41,104 bases of DNA from Faecousia sp. (GTDB taxonomy: Bacteria > Bacillota > Clostridia > Oscillospirales > Oscillospiraceae): positions 1 to 41,104 of the forward strand of contig JAZOSY010000059.1 in NCBI GenBank assembly GCA_045657385.1. The letters run 5' to 3'. Position numbers and translations under genes: made by a program. Under the pieces are notes generated by a model that was given only the letters and a program-made list of their open reading frames with translations, searched no databases and had not been told where the DNA came from. Shown in pieces: positions 1 to 6,606 of this stretch. The first letter of the stretch is position 1. The number at the start of each line of letters is the position of its first letter.

Positions 1-76
1 TCGTAGCCATGTCGTTCTGTGAGCCAAGGAGTTGTGGGCTTGGATTGTCTTCCTAAGACCGCTTGGCCTCCGACTT
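1..76. other. MGI/BGISEQ (DNBSEQ) library adapter with 10-nt barcode; sequencing artefact
   Basis: 1-34 TCGTAGCCATGTCGTTCTGTGAGCCAAGGAGTTG is the MGI adapter arm. 35-44 is the barcode TGGGCTTGGA. 45-76 is the reverse complement of AAGTCGGAGGCCAAGCGGTCTTAGGAAGACAA. Confidence 0.95.
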
Positions 77-162
77 ATCTCTATCTCTTTCTCTATCTCT
101 TTCTCGCTTCCGGTTTGCTTGCCGTTTGCTTCCGGTTTGCTTCCGGTTTGCTTTGCGCTTCC
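76..162. repeat. 87-bp terminal direct repeat (assembly overlap), identical to 41018-41104; circular genome of about 40,942 bp
   Basis: Direct comparison of both ends; the initiator ORF is in frame across the overlap. Confidence 0.95.
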
Positions 163-390
163 TCCCGCTTTTCCGCTCTTTGCTTTCTTGCGGCTTGCGT
201 CAAGATTAGGCTTTGCAGAGATGAATCCAATGGCAGCAGCATCAGACAGTTTGTCCAGGTTTGGCTCTTTGCCGTTTAATGCATAATCGCAAACAGCATC
301 GTAAAAGTCTGCACGGGCGGCTTTGTTGCGGATCCGTTTGGCTGACTCAAATATGCTGGCATAAAAAGTGAATTGTCCTCGTTGATCCAC
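77..390 (-). CDS. Replication initiator, N-terminal part (DUF6291-like); continues across the circular junction into 40568-41104 (254 aa in total)
   Basis: GTG at 390 directly after the rusA stop; MDQRGQFTFYASIFESAK...KSGKAGG...EKEIE; in frame with ORF 40568-40960 after circularisation. Confidence 0.8.
106..149. repeat. Four tandem 11-bp iterons (GCTTCCGGTTT-like) inside the initiator gene; putative replication origin
   Basis: GCTTCCGGTTT, GCTTGCCGTTT, GCTTCCGGTTT x2, next to CTCTAT/CTCTTT hexamer repeats. An intragenic origin is the usual layout for phage initiators. Confidence 0.7.
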
Positions 391-804
391 TTAATCACTA
401 CCCTTCAGTTCGATAATCAATTTAGGCTCATGGCCATATACCTTTTGGCCGTATACTGAAACTACCTGGGCATCGTCTCTGTAAGCGATGCCGTTTAGGG
501 AGTCCAGGACAGCCTTTATAACGTTGTCGATGTCCGGCTTTCTCCTGGGAAGGATTCTCCCGTCCTCTATGGCGGCCAGGGAAGCCTTTGTGACGCTTTT
601 AGGGATTGGGTATACCGCTGTTACCTTAACGGCAATATAGGCGCTGTCGGGCCAGCAGTAATCCCTTAACTGTTGCCGATAGCAATCCATGATTTTCTTT
701 TCGTAGGCCCGCGTCTCGCTGTCCGTATAGGCATGGCCACCCCGGGTAAACCGGGGGCGGCCTTTGCCCTTGGGCATTCCGGGCACTTCAAATACCAGGC
801 CCAT
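391..804 (-). CDS. rusA: RusA-family Holliday junction resolvase
   Basis: P.GKGRPRF N-terminus; KPDIDNVIKAVLDSLNGIAYRDDAQV catalytic motif. Confidence 0.92.
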   Translation of the reverse strand: MGLVFEVPGMPKGKGRPRFTRGGHAYTDSETRAYEKKIMDCYRQQLRDYCWPDSAYIAVKVTAVYPIPKSVTKASLAAIEDGRILPRRKPDIDNVIKAVLDSLNGIAYRDDAQVVSVYGQKVYGHEPKLIIELKGSD

Positions 805-1226
805 CAGAACGGCAGCTGTGCGTCGTCATCTTCCAGCATTGCATAGTCGCTCATACCGGCGCTGGAATACATAGCCGGTGCTGCAGAGGTGTGCTCACCG
901 GAATTCTTGCTGCCGCCAAAGTAAACGTTATCGGCTACGACCTCAGCGGTGCGGCGCTTATTGCCGTCGTTATCGTTCCAGCTCCGGATCTGCAAACGAC
1001 CGGAAACCACGATCAAGCTGCCCTTGGAAAAGTTGCGGTCTACGAACTCACCGGTGCCTCTCCAGGCAACGCAATCGATAAAGTCGGTCTCACGATCGCC
1101 GGTGTTCTTATCGGCAAAGTCGCGGTCAACAGCGACGGTAAACGATGCAACGGCCACACCGCTGCCGGTTCTTCTCAGTTCAGGGTCGCGAACGATGCGG
1201 CCCATAATAGTAATATGGTTAAGCAT
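804..1226 (-). CDS. ssb: Single-stranded DNA-binding protein
   Basis: MLNHITIMGRIVRDPELRRT OB-fold; acidic C-terminal tail DDDAQLPF. Confidence 0.96.
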   Translation of the reverse strand: MLNHITIMGRIVRDPELRRTGSGVAVASFTVAVDRDFADKNTGDRETDFIDCVAWRGTGEFVDRNFSKGSLIVVSGRLQIRSWNDNDGNKRRTAEVVADNVYFGGSKNSGEHTSAAPAMYSSAGMSDYAMLEDDDAQLPF

Positions 1227-1470
1227 GGTTATTCTCCTTTTCAAATTCTTTGCATTCTTCTAGAAACGAATCCGGAAGTAAATCCATCGGTGAGCAGCAA
1301 AGAGCATTTGCAATCTCAACAATCGTGCTCAGTTTCGGTGTTCTAATGCCACGCTCGTATTGAGAAATACCCGCACCGCATATTCCTAACTTTTCCGCAA
1401 GTTGGCTCTGAGTCAACATACGCAGATTTCTTGCTTTTACAATTTTTTCTCCAGTTTCCATTTGGCTCAC
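1219..1470 (-). CDS. XRE-family helix-turn-helix protein
   Basis: LTQSQLAEKLGI..AGISQYERGIRTP. Confidence 0.88.
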   Translation of the reverse strand: MSQMETGEKIVKARNLRMLTQSQLAEKLGICGAGISQYERGIRTPKLSTIVEIANALCCSPMDLLPDSFLEECKEFEKENNHA

Positions 1471-1796
1471 TTCCTATAGTAAAGATTTTTCTCATCCCAG
1501 TCAGGATATTTGCTTTTTAGATACTCCCTAAAGAACTCCCGCATTGCGGAACGCTCTGTTGATTGGTCGTACCTTCTGTGACAGCCAGGACAGAGCGTCA
1601 GGCCGTTCTCCGGTATTCCGAGGCCGCCCTGGGCTCTAGAAATAAAGTGTGCGTTAGAGAAAGCTGTAGGCGCCTCAGCCGGGGCAGGCTGGCCGCAATT
1701 TATGCAACACGGCCAGCCACCGATGGAATCACGATCAGCAATTTGCAGCTTTGCGGAGCGGTTGAAATCCCGCGCCTTAGTATCTTTTCTCATCAC
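1467..1796 (-). CDS. HNH-fold nuclease (NinG-like position)
   Basis: CINC...AHFISRAQGGLGIPENGLTLCPGCH. Confidence 0.75.
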   Translation of the reverse strand: MMRKDTKARDFNRSAKLQIADRDSIGGWPCCINCGQPAPAEAPTAFSNAHFISRAQGGLGIPENGLTLCPGCHRRYDQSTERSAMREFFREYLKSKYPDWDEKNLYYRK

Positions 1797-2317
1797 ACAG
1801 ACTCCAGTAGGGAACGAATTTCTTCGTCCGGCCTAACCTCAATGCCCAGCGCTTGCGCGTCCTGGATCAGGACGTCAATCAGAATTGAAAATTGGCGGGT
1901 GTCATAAGTGGACGAGCCGTAGTACGCCTGAACGTTCACATATCCGGGTTTATCGGCACGGCCCAGCAAAACGCACGGCCAGCCTAACCCTTGTGCTTCC
2001 CAGTTTTCCTTAAACTTTTTGTAAGCACACTCTCGCACCTGAAGGATTTCGTAATTCTCCGGGACATTGGGGATCGCTTGCTTGTAAACAACCACCGGAG
2101 GCACGCGAAGGAAATCTGCAATCTTGTTAATGATCTCCCAGGCGTAGGCGTTCGCATCCTTGCTCCGCTTCTTTTTGTATTCCTTGATGGTAAGAACGTA
2201 GTCCTTATCCTTTTTGCTTCGCAAAAAAGCCATTGCTGCACCCCGGTGTTCCGGGGGCAGATCAATGATTAGCTTTCCGGCTTCCATCTTCGCGTTACGA
2301 AAGATTGCTTCCGTCAT
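1793..2317 (-). CDS. Recombination accessory protein, NinB/Orf-like
   Basis: KRSKDANAYAW...SSTYDTRQFSILID...AQALGI pattern; lies between the annealase and HNH genes. Confidence 0.55.
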   Translation of the reverse strand: MTEAIFRNAKMEAGKLIIDLPPEHRGAAMAFLRSKKDKDYVLTIKEYKKKRSKDANAYAWEIINKIADFLRVPPVVVYKQAIPNVPENYEILQVRECAYKKFKENWEAQGLGWPCVLLGRADKPGYVNVQAYYGSSTYDTRQFSILIDVLIQDAQALGIEVRPDEEIRSLLESV

Positions 2318-2326
2318 GCGATCACC

Positions 2327-3106
2327 TTACTTCGGCGTGTAGGCCTTCAGGACATTGTCGTAGATCAGGCCGAGGCTCTTAATGTGTCGATTCCACAGCA
2401 CGCCAACATCGCGTTCAGATGTAAGTGCGTGCTGGATGTCCTTCAGCTTCTTGGATTGCTCATTGGCGCTGTCTGCGTCCGTCACAGCGGCGATCAAATA
2501 CTTGGCAGCAGTAATAGCCGCGTCGTATTGCTCCTGAACAGCAGCAAACAGCTGCGGTGATATATGCCCAGAAGTTTGACGAACATAGTTCCACTCTTGC
2601 GGCAAGTCCTTCGTTTCTTGCGTGTTAGCTTCATTCACAGGGGTGAATGAACCACCTTTTGGTTGTGCATCATACTTGGTCTTGTCTTTTTCATAGTAAA
2701 CATCAGCACCAATTCCAAGCGCCTTTGCAGATACAGATATTGCGTCCGTGAGTGCCATCTTGAAGCATTCATCAGACACATAAAATCCGTTGGATTCTTT
2801 TGACACGAAAGAAGCTCCGCCAGTGCCTGGAATTCCGTGTGATACTTCACCGGTTGCGGGATCTTTATAGAAAAGCAAAATATCGACAAAGGCTGCTTTT
2901 TGCCGTGTTTCCGGATCATCCAAAATAATTTTCTCAGTGATGTCATACCACCAGCCAATTCCACAAGGACCGAACATTTCTGTCAATACTTTGATGCGCC
3001 ACATTGGATTGATGTCCGTCTTACCTTTCAGGCGTCCTGCCTTGATTTCTTTCTTCGCAGAATCCGGTACAGCCCGGCCAATATTATATAATTTCAGGTT
3101 CTCCAT
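2327..3106 (-). CDS. Rad52/Sak-like single-strand annealing protein
   Basis: DINPMWRIKVLTEMFGPCGIGW...KMALTDAISVSAKALGIGADVY; ATG at 3106 with GGAGG RBS. Confidence 0.75.
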   Translation of the reverse strand: MENLKLYNIGRAVPDSAKKEIKAGRLKGKTDINPMWRIKVLTEMFGPCGIGWWYDITEKIILDDPETRQKAAFVDILLFYKDPATGEVSHGIPGTGGASFVSKESNGFYVSDECFKMALTDAISVSAKALGIGADVYYEKDKTKYDAQPKGGSFTPVNEANTQETKDLPQEWNYVRQTSGHISPQLFAAVQEQYDAAITAAKYLIAAVTDADSANEQSKKLKDIQHALTSERDVGVLWNRHIKSLGLIYDNVLKAYTPK

Positions 3107-3311
3107 TATCTTCCTCCATTCCCTTAAATACCAGCGGGCACTCATAACCAACGGTCGCCCTGGTATCCAGTAAATATTCGCCGGTTCTCCGGCATTGATT
3201 TCTTGCGTAAGTTTCTAGCAGTGGGCATAAGGCACAGCACACATGGCCGTCCGGGAAATGGATCTGCACTGTGCCGGTCTGATAGAACGCAACTCCGTTC
3301 TTAGTTACCAT
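3084..3311 (-). CDS. Hypothetical Cys-rich protein
   Basis: AGGAGG RBS; CCALCP...C...CP. Confidence 0.65.
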   Translation of the reverse strand: MVTKNGVAFYQTGTVQIHFPDGHVCCALCPLLETYARNQCRRTGEYLLDTRATVGYECPLVFKGMEEDNGEPEII

Positions 3312-3322
3312 CGGTTTCCTCC

Positions 3323-3351
3323 TTGACAATTTAATTTCGTGGTGCTAAAAT
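3323..3351 (+). promoter_or_regulatory. Consensus sigma-A promoter antisense to the early operon
   Basis: TTGACA-17 nt-TAAAAT with a TG extended -10. Confidence 0.75.
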
Positions 3352-3357
3352 ATGGGT

Positions 3358-3413
3358 GAACATTTTTGTTTGCTCCGCTTCTCGGTCTTGCTCACCGGGA
3401 GGCGGATTTTTTC
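3358..3413 (+). ncRNA. Putative ~55-nt antisense sRNA ending in an intrinsic terminator
   Basis: Follows the 3323-3351 promoter; hairpin TCCGCTTCTCGGT-CTTGCTC-ACCGGGAGGCGGA followed by TTTTTT. Confidence 0.55.
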
Positions 3414-3661
3414 TGCAGTCGCAGATTTCTCCGGCGTCTAAATGTGCGCCGCATATGGGACACGATCTGTACAATAAAGCCTCCTTTTTTCCGCTTGTTC
3501 TTGATTGCATCCAGGCGTTCCTGGAGCGCCTTCATTTCGTAATTACGGTTTACAATGCTAAACATCTGCTGCTCATCGTCGCAGATGGGATGGTTGGAAG
3601 GTTGGACGCGGTATCTTGCCACGACCTTGCCGGTATTACGGTTGATAACTACATTGATCAT
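3392..3661 (-). CDS. Hypothetical basic protein
   Basis: AAGGAGG RBS before ATG 3661. Confidence 0.65.
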   Translation of the reverse strand: MINVVINRNTGKVVARYRVQPSNHPICDDEQQMFSIVNRNYEMKALQERLDAIKNKRKKGGFIVQIVSHMRRTFRRRRNLRLQKKSASR

Positions 3662-3680
3662 TTTTGTACCTCCTTTAATT

Positions 3681-3770
3681 GCAGGGGAGCTGCCGCCACA
3701 TCTCCCCTGCTGCAACACACTTGAAAACAAAGAGGAGTTCACTCCGGAAATGGTGGCGGCCATTTCCGGG
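3681..3770 (-). ncRNA. Two-hairpin element with complementary loops (candidate kissing-loop RNA)
   Basis: Hairpins at 3681-3710 and 3744-3769; the loop-region sequences GCCGCCAC (3692-3699) and GTGGCGGC (3753-3760) are reverse complements. Confidence 0.45.
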
Positions 3771-3776
3771 GAGAGT

Positions 3777-3852
3777 TGGTGGTCCGGAACAGACTCGAAC
3801 TGTTATGCGCCCACTTATGAGGTGGGTTCTCTACCTCTTGAGCTACCGGACC
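3777..3852 (-). tRNA. tRNA with CAT anticodon (probably Ile2/lysidine type, otherwise elongator Met)
   Basis: GGTCCGG acceptor stem, anticodon arm CCCAC-CTCATAA-GTGGG, TTCGAGT T-loop, encoded CCA. The G1-C72 pair excludes fMet; C4-G69 and C5-G68 are TilS-type determinants. Confidence 0.9.
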
Positions 3853-3864
3853 TTCAAGTGCTGC

Positions 3865-4452
3865 TTATCGGGTCCGGCCATACCGATCGGAAAGTTTTGC
3901 TATTGTACTTCCGCCATAGGAATTCTTCGTCAAATTTATGAACTCCTCCACGGTGGTCTCGCCGTCTAAGGTCAACCCTCTATCCTTCACAAAAGCATTT
4001 CTACCGGCCATGCAAGATCCGGTCAGCCGGTGATGCCAGTCAAACAGATCCCGATTGGGATAAGGCTTGTCCTTGTCCGGATGGGCCTTGATGAACGCAG
4101 CGATCCTCTCTTCCTCAGGCATATCATCGAACATCTTGTCTGTCAGCGCAGCCATAGCTTTATGTAAGTCATCACCATGGGCAAACACGGCATCGCCGCT
4201 TACCTCTCCCTTAACTACATAGCATGGGGTTATTGTCAGATCAGACTGAAGGATAAGCCCTTTCGCCACATTGCCCTTGACGGAACAAAAAATGGTAGGC
4301 ACACTATCAACAACATAGATCTTGTGACCATTGATTTCATACAGACCGCCGTAGCCGTAGCCGTCGCCGTAGCCGTCGCCGTAGCCGGAGCCGTCGCCGG
4401 AGCCGGGATCAAGAAACGCCTTGATCTTTTCCTGCAGCTTTACATCTTCCAT
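3865..4452 (-). CDS. Hypothetical phage protein with N-terminal GSGDG/GYGDG repeat tract
   Basis: ORF overlaps the upstream gene; hexamer repeats at about 4346-4407; C-terminal WHHRLTGSC.AGR motif. Confidence 0.8.
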   Translation of the reverse strand: MEDVKLQEKIKAFLDPGSGDGSGYGDGYGDGYGYGGLYEINGHKIYVVDSVPTIFCSVKGNVAKGLILQSDLTITPCYVVKGEVSGDAVFAHGDDLHKAMAALTDKMFDDMPEEERIAAFIKAHPDKDKPYPNRDLFDWHHRLTGSCMAGRNAFVKDRGLTLDGETTVEEFINLTKNSYGGSTIAKLSDRYGRTR

Positions 4453-4727
4453 ACCGGCACCGCCTTGATATTGGCCTCTGCCTCAGCAGTGGTGGGGATA
4501 ACCTCGATGGCATCCAGCAGCTTAATGGATTCGCACTCCATGGTAAAGCGGCAATCCTTGGGCCGTTTGACACCTTCAGTAGCGATCTGCAAACACTCGG
4601 TAGCACCATGCCACCGCCACAGTCTGCGGACATTGCTCAGTACGACCTCTCTTCCGTCCTGGCTGACCAAAGTACCCGCAAACACACCGCTCCGGTCGCC
4701 TCTTACAATTACATACTTACCGTTCAT
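4440..4727 (-). CDS. Small beta-rich (Sm/SH3-like) hypothetical protein, DUF6948-like
   Basis: GKYVIVRGDRSGVFAGTL...RRLWRWHGA; AAGGAGG RBS. Confidence 0.7.
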   Translation of the reverse strand: MNGKYVIVRGDRSGVFAGTLVSQDGREVVLSNVRRLWRWHGATECLQIATEGVKRPKDCRFTMECESIKLLDAIEVIPTTAEAEANIKAVPVWKM

Positions 4728-4781
4728 TTTGTTTTCCTCCTTAATATTTAACCGCACTTAAACTGTGCGTTGTGCTCAATT

Positions 4782-5027
4782 TCAACCGCTCTTGGTCAGG
4801 AACTGCAGCGGCGCTGTTCCTTTGGGCGTTTTGCTTTCCAACCAGGCATAGAAATCTACCTTAAAGATTTCTACCGTACGGCGGCCGGTAGGGCCTACAC
4901 AGACGACCCGGCCGAAGGGATATGCACCGGACTCGATACCGGCAGCAATCCAGCGTGGGCTGGATGGAATACCAGCCTCCCGCATTGCCAAATAAACATC
5001 ATTGATTGTCATGGTTAATTTAGGCAT
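4782..5027 (-). CDS. Excisionase-like winged-helix DNA-binding protein
   Basis: TMTINDV...IAAGIESGAYPFG...IFKVDFYAWL; second gene of the early lytic operon. Confidence 0.6.
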   Translation of the reverse strand: MPKLTMTINDVYLAMREAGIPSSPRWIAAGIESGAYPFGRVVCVGPTGRRTVEIFKVDFYAWLESKTPKGTAPLQFLTKSG

Positions 5028-5039
5028 CGATTTACCTCC

Positions 5040-5195
5040 TTACTTTTCAGCGTAGGCCTTGCCAGCAATAAAGCCTTCTGCAAAGCCTTCCATCTTGGCA
5101 GCGAACTGGGTGAGCGCATCGTCGGCCACTTCCTGGGGAAGGCCCTTAAGCTGACCGCCGATCTCTTCCAGCTTCTTAGTTGCGTTTTCGCTCAT
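5040..5195 (-). CDS. 51-aa first early lytic protein, no HTH (not in ORF track)
   Basis: GGAGGTG RBS; MSENATKKLEEIGGQLKGLPQEVADDALTQFAAKMEGFAEGFIAGKAYAEK. Confidence 0.75.
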   Translation of the reverse strand: MSENATKKLEEIGGQLKGLPQEVADDALTQFAAKMEGFAEGFIAGKAYAEK

Positions 5196-5254
5196 TACGT
5201 CACCTCCGTGTGGTTGCGTTTTATATTTTTTATGTTGCCTGCGGGGATATGCGA

Positions 5255-5365
5255 CTTGCGAGGCCCGTTTCCCTCGCTTGTGAGGCTAGCTTACCACACC
5301 TTGTGAGGTTTGTCAAGAATTATTTTTACTTTTTTCTTGACACAGCGAGGTTTCTGTGCTAGATT
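5255..5365. promoter_or_regulatory. Genetic switch: divergent promoters with repeated operator half-sites
   Basis: Lytic promoter (-): TTGACA 5316-5311, 17 nt, TAAGCT. cI promoter (+): TTGACA 5337-5342, 17 nt, TAGATT. CTTG(C/T)GAGG at 5255, 5277 and 5300; CAGCGAGG at 5343; imperfect palindrome CCTCGCTTGTGAGG at 5272-5285. Confidence 0.8.
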
Positions 5366-5386
5366 ATCCTCAAGGAGGTGCCATGT

Positions 5387-5785
5387 ATGAACAACCGCAT
5401 CAAGGAGCTCCGTACCACCCTCTTAAGAAAAAAGTACGGAAAGAAATATACTCAGAAAGATTTTGCAAATTGCCTCGGATTGTCCGAAAACTTCATATGG
5501 CAAATCGAAAAAGGTGAACGCGAACCCAGCGACAGAACGATTGCAGATATATGCCGCGAATTCGGTGTTGACCGCATTTGGTTGGAAACCGGAGCCGGTG
5601 AACCCTTCCGCCCGGTAGACAGAGACGAGCAGATCGCCACGATCCTGGGCAAGGCCATCGCAGGAAACAGCACAGCGAAAGAACGGCTGATCCGGGCATT
5701 CTGCCAGCTGCCGGACGAAATGTTCGATCAGGCCGAAAAGATACTGGCAGAAATTGTTCAGAACCTGAACAAAGAAAAAGAGTGA
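5387..5785 (+). CDS. CI-like XRE repressor without S24 autoproteolytic domain
   Basis: YTQKDFANCLGLSENFIWQIEKGEREPS...WLETGAG; divergent from the lytic operon; short helical C-terminal domain. Confidence 0.88.
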   Translation: MNNRIKELRTTLLRKKYGKKYTQKDFANCLGLSENFIWQIEKGEREPSDRTIADICREFGVDRIWLETGAGEPFRPVDRDEQIATILGKAIAGNSTAKERLIRAFCQLPDEMFDQAEKILAEIVQNLNKEKE

Positions 5786-5809
5786 CCGCAGCACGGTCAC
5801 TCTTTTTTT
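5775..5809. terminator. Bidirectional intrinsic terminator
   Basis: AAAAAGAGTGACCG-CAGCA-CGGTCACTCTTTTTTT between convergent genes. Confidence 0.85.
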
Positions 5810-5925
5810 CACTCCTCCCCAACGATTGAGCGCAACACATTATATATGATACGCAACGCTATTTCGTCCGGTTCCTTGTCTATTAACTTCTTTGCGGCTT
5901 CTTTTAATTTTTCCACGTCTGTCAT
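5809..5925 (-). CDS. 38-aa microprotein A, LexA-controlled putative antirepressor
   Basis: AAGGAGG RBS; MTDVEKLKEAAKKLIDKEPDEIALRIIYNVLRSIVGEE; SOS box directly upstream. Confidence 0.7.
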   Translation of the reverse strand: MTDVEKLKEAAKKLIDKEPDEIALRIIYNVLRSIVGEE

Positions 5926-5943
5926 TGTTGCGCCCTCCTTTTT

Positions 5944-5957
5944 AGAACGTATGTTCG
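5944..5957. promoter_or_regulatory. LexA (Firmicutes SOS/Cheo) box
   Basis: AGAACGTATGTTCG fits GAAC-N4-GTTC. Confidence 0.8.
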
Positions 5958-5997
5958 TTTATAGGATATCGCTCCTTCCGGGAAATAAAGAGGACAC

Positions 5998-6023
5998 AAA
6001 AGGCGGCCCCCGAAAGAGCCGCC
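5998..6023 (-). terminator. Intrinsic terminator
   Basis: GGCGGCTCT-TTCG-GGGGCCGCC followed by TTTTGTG on the minus strand. Confidence 0.65.
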
Positions 6024-6106
6024 AATAATCACCTCCAATATAGAATTGTTATAATGGTTCCAGGCAACCCCTCCGTCGTTTAGATTAGACATCGGATCAC
6101 CTCCTT

Positions 6107-6220
6107 TCAGTATTCATTTTCCAGCAGGTATTCGTAGATTTGCTGCACGGTGTAATCATCGGCGCTCATTAGTGCATCTTTGATATGTTCGATCATATCC
6201 TTTCTGTTCAAATTATCCAA
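6107..6220 (-). CDS. 37-aa microprotein B
   Basis: GAAGGAG RBS, TTG start; MDNLNRKDMIEHIKDALMSADDYTVQQIYEYLLENEY. Confidence 0.6.
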   Translation of the reverse strand: MDNLNRKDMIEHIKDALMSADDYTVQQIYEYLLENEY

Positions 6221-6278
6221 TTTTAACTCCTTCCATTAAAATTTATTGATTTCTTGCAAAGCGCATAGTATGATGATA

Positions 6279-6401
6279 TCAATCCTTTTTTACCATTTCA
6301 TAGGCCACAAGGTAGATGAGCCGCAGCTGTCTGTCAGATGCGCGGTCCATTAGGTTGTTGATGTTCTTACGCATTTTATTGGTATCGATTTTGCTTTCCA
6401 T
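6279..6401 (-). CDS. 40-aa microprotein C
   Basis: GAGGAGG RBS; MESKIDTNKMRKNINNLMDRASDRQLRLIYLVAYEMVKKD. Confidence 0.7.
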   Translation of the reverse strand: MESKIDTNKMRKNINNLMDRASDRQLRLIYLVAYEMVKKD

Positions 6402-6606
6402 CTATGGCCTCCTCAAATTGTAAAATTGGATTTATTGGTTTGACCCAGCCGGTGTCTGTCGCCAAACTTCCACCGACCGGGTCTTGCTGGGGCTGGTTTC
6501 AGCCTACAACGTGACGTACAAAAATACAAGACGGAGAAAACCAAAAACGGCTAGGATTTTTTCTGTTAGCCGGTCGGTAATTACCTCCACGGGAGGCTGT
6601 GAAACA

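Noticed and set aside
19..286. Plus-strand hydrophobic ORFs 19-279 and 32-286
   Set aside because: They start inside the sequencing adapter and are antisense to the replication initiator.
3681..3776. Theta (HDV-like) ribozyme at the tRNA 3' trailer
   Set aside because: I could not build the nested double pseudoknot or the catalytic J4/2 motif behind either tRNA, and both tRNAs encode CCA. A motif search would be needed for full exclusion.
6094..6108. 16S rRNA gene fragment
   Set aside because: Only 15 nt match; better explained as a strong SD or anti-SD element.
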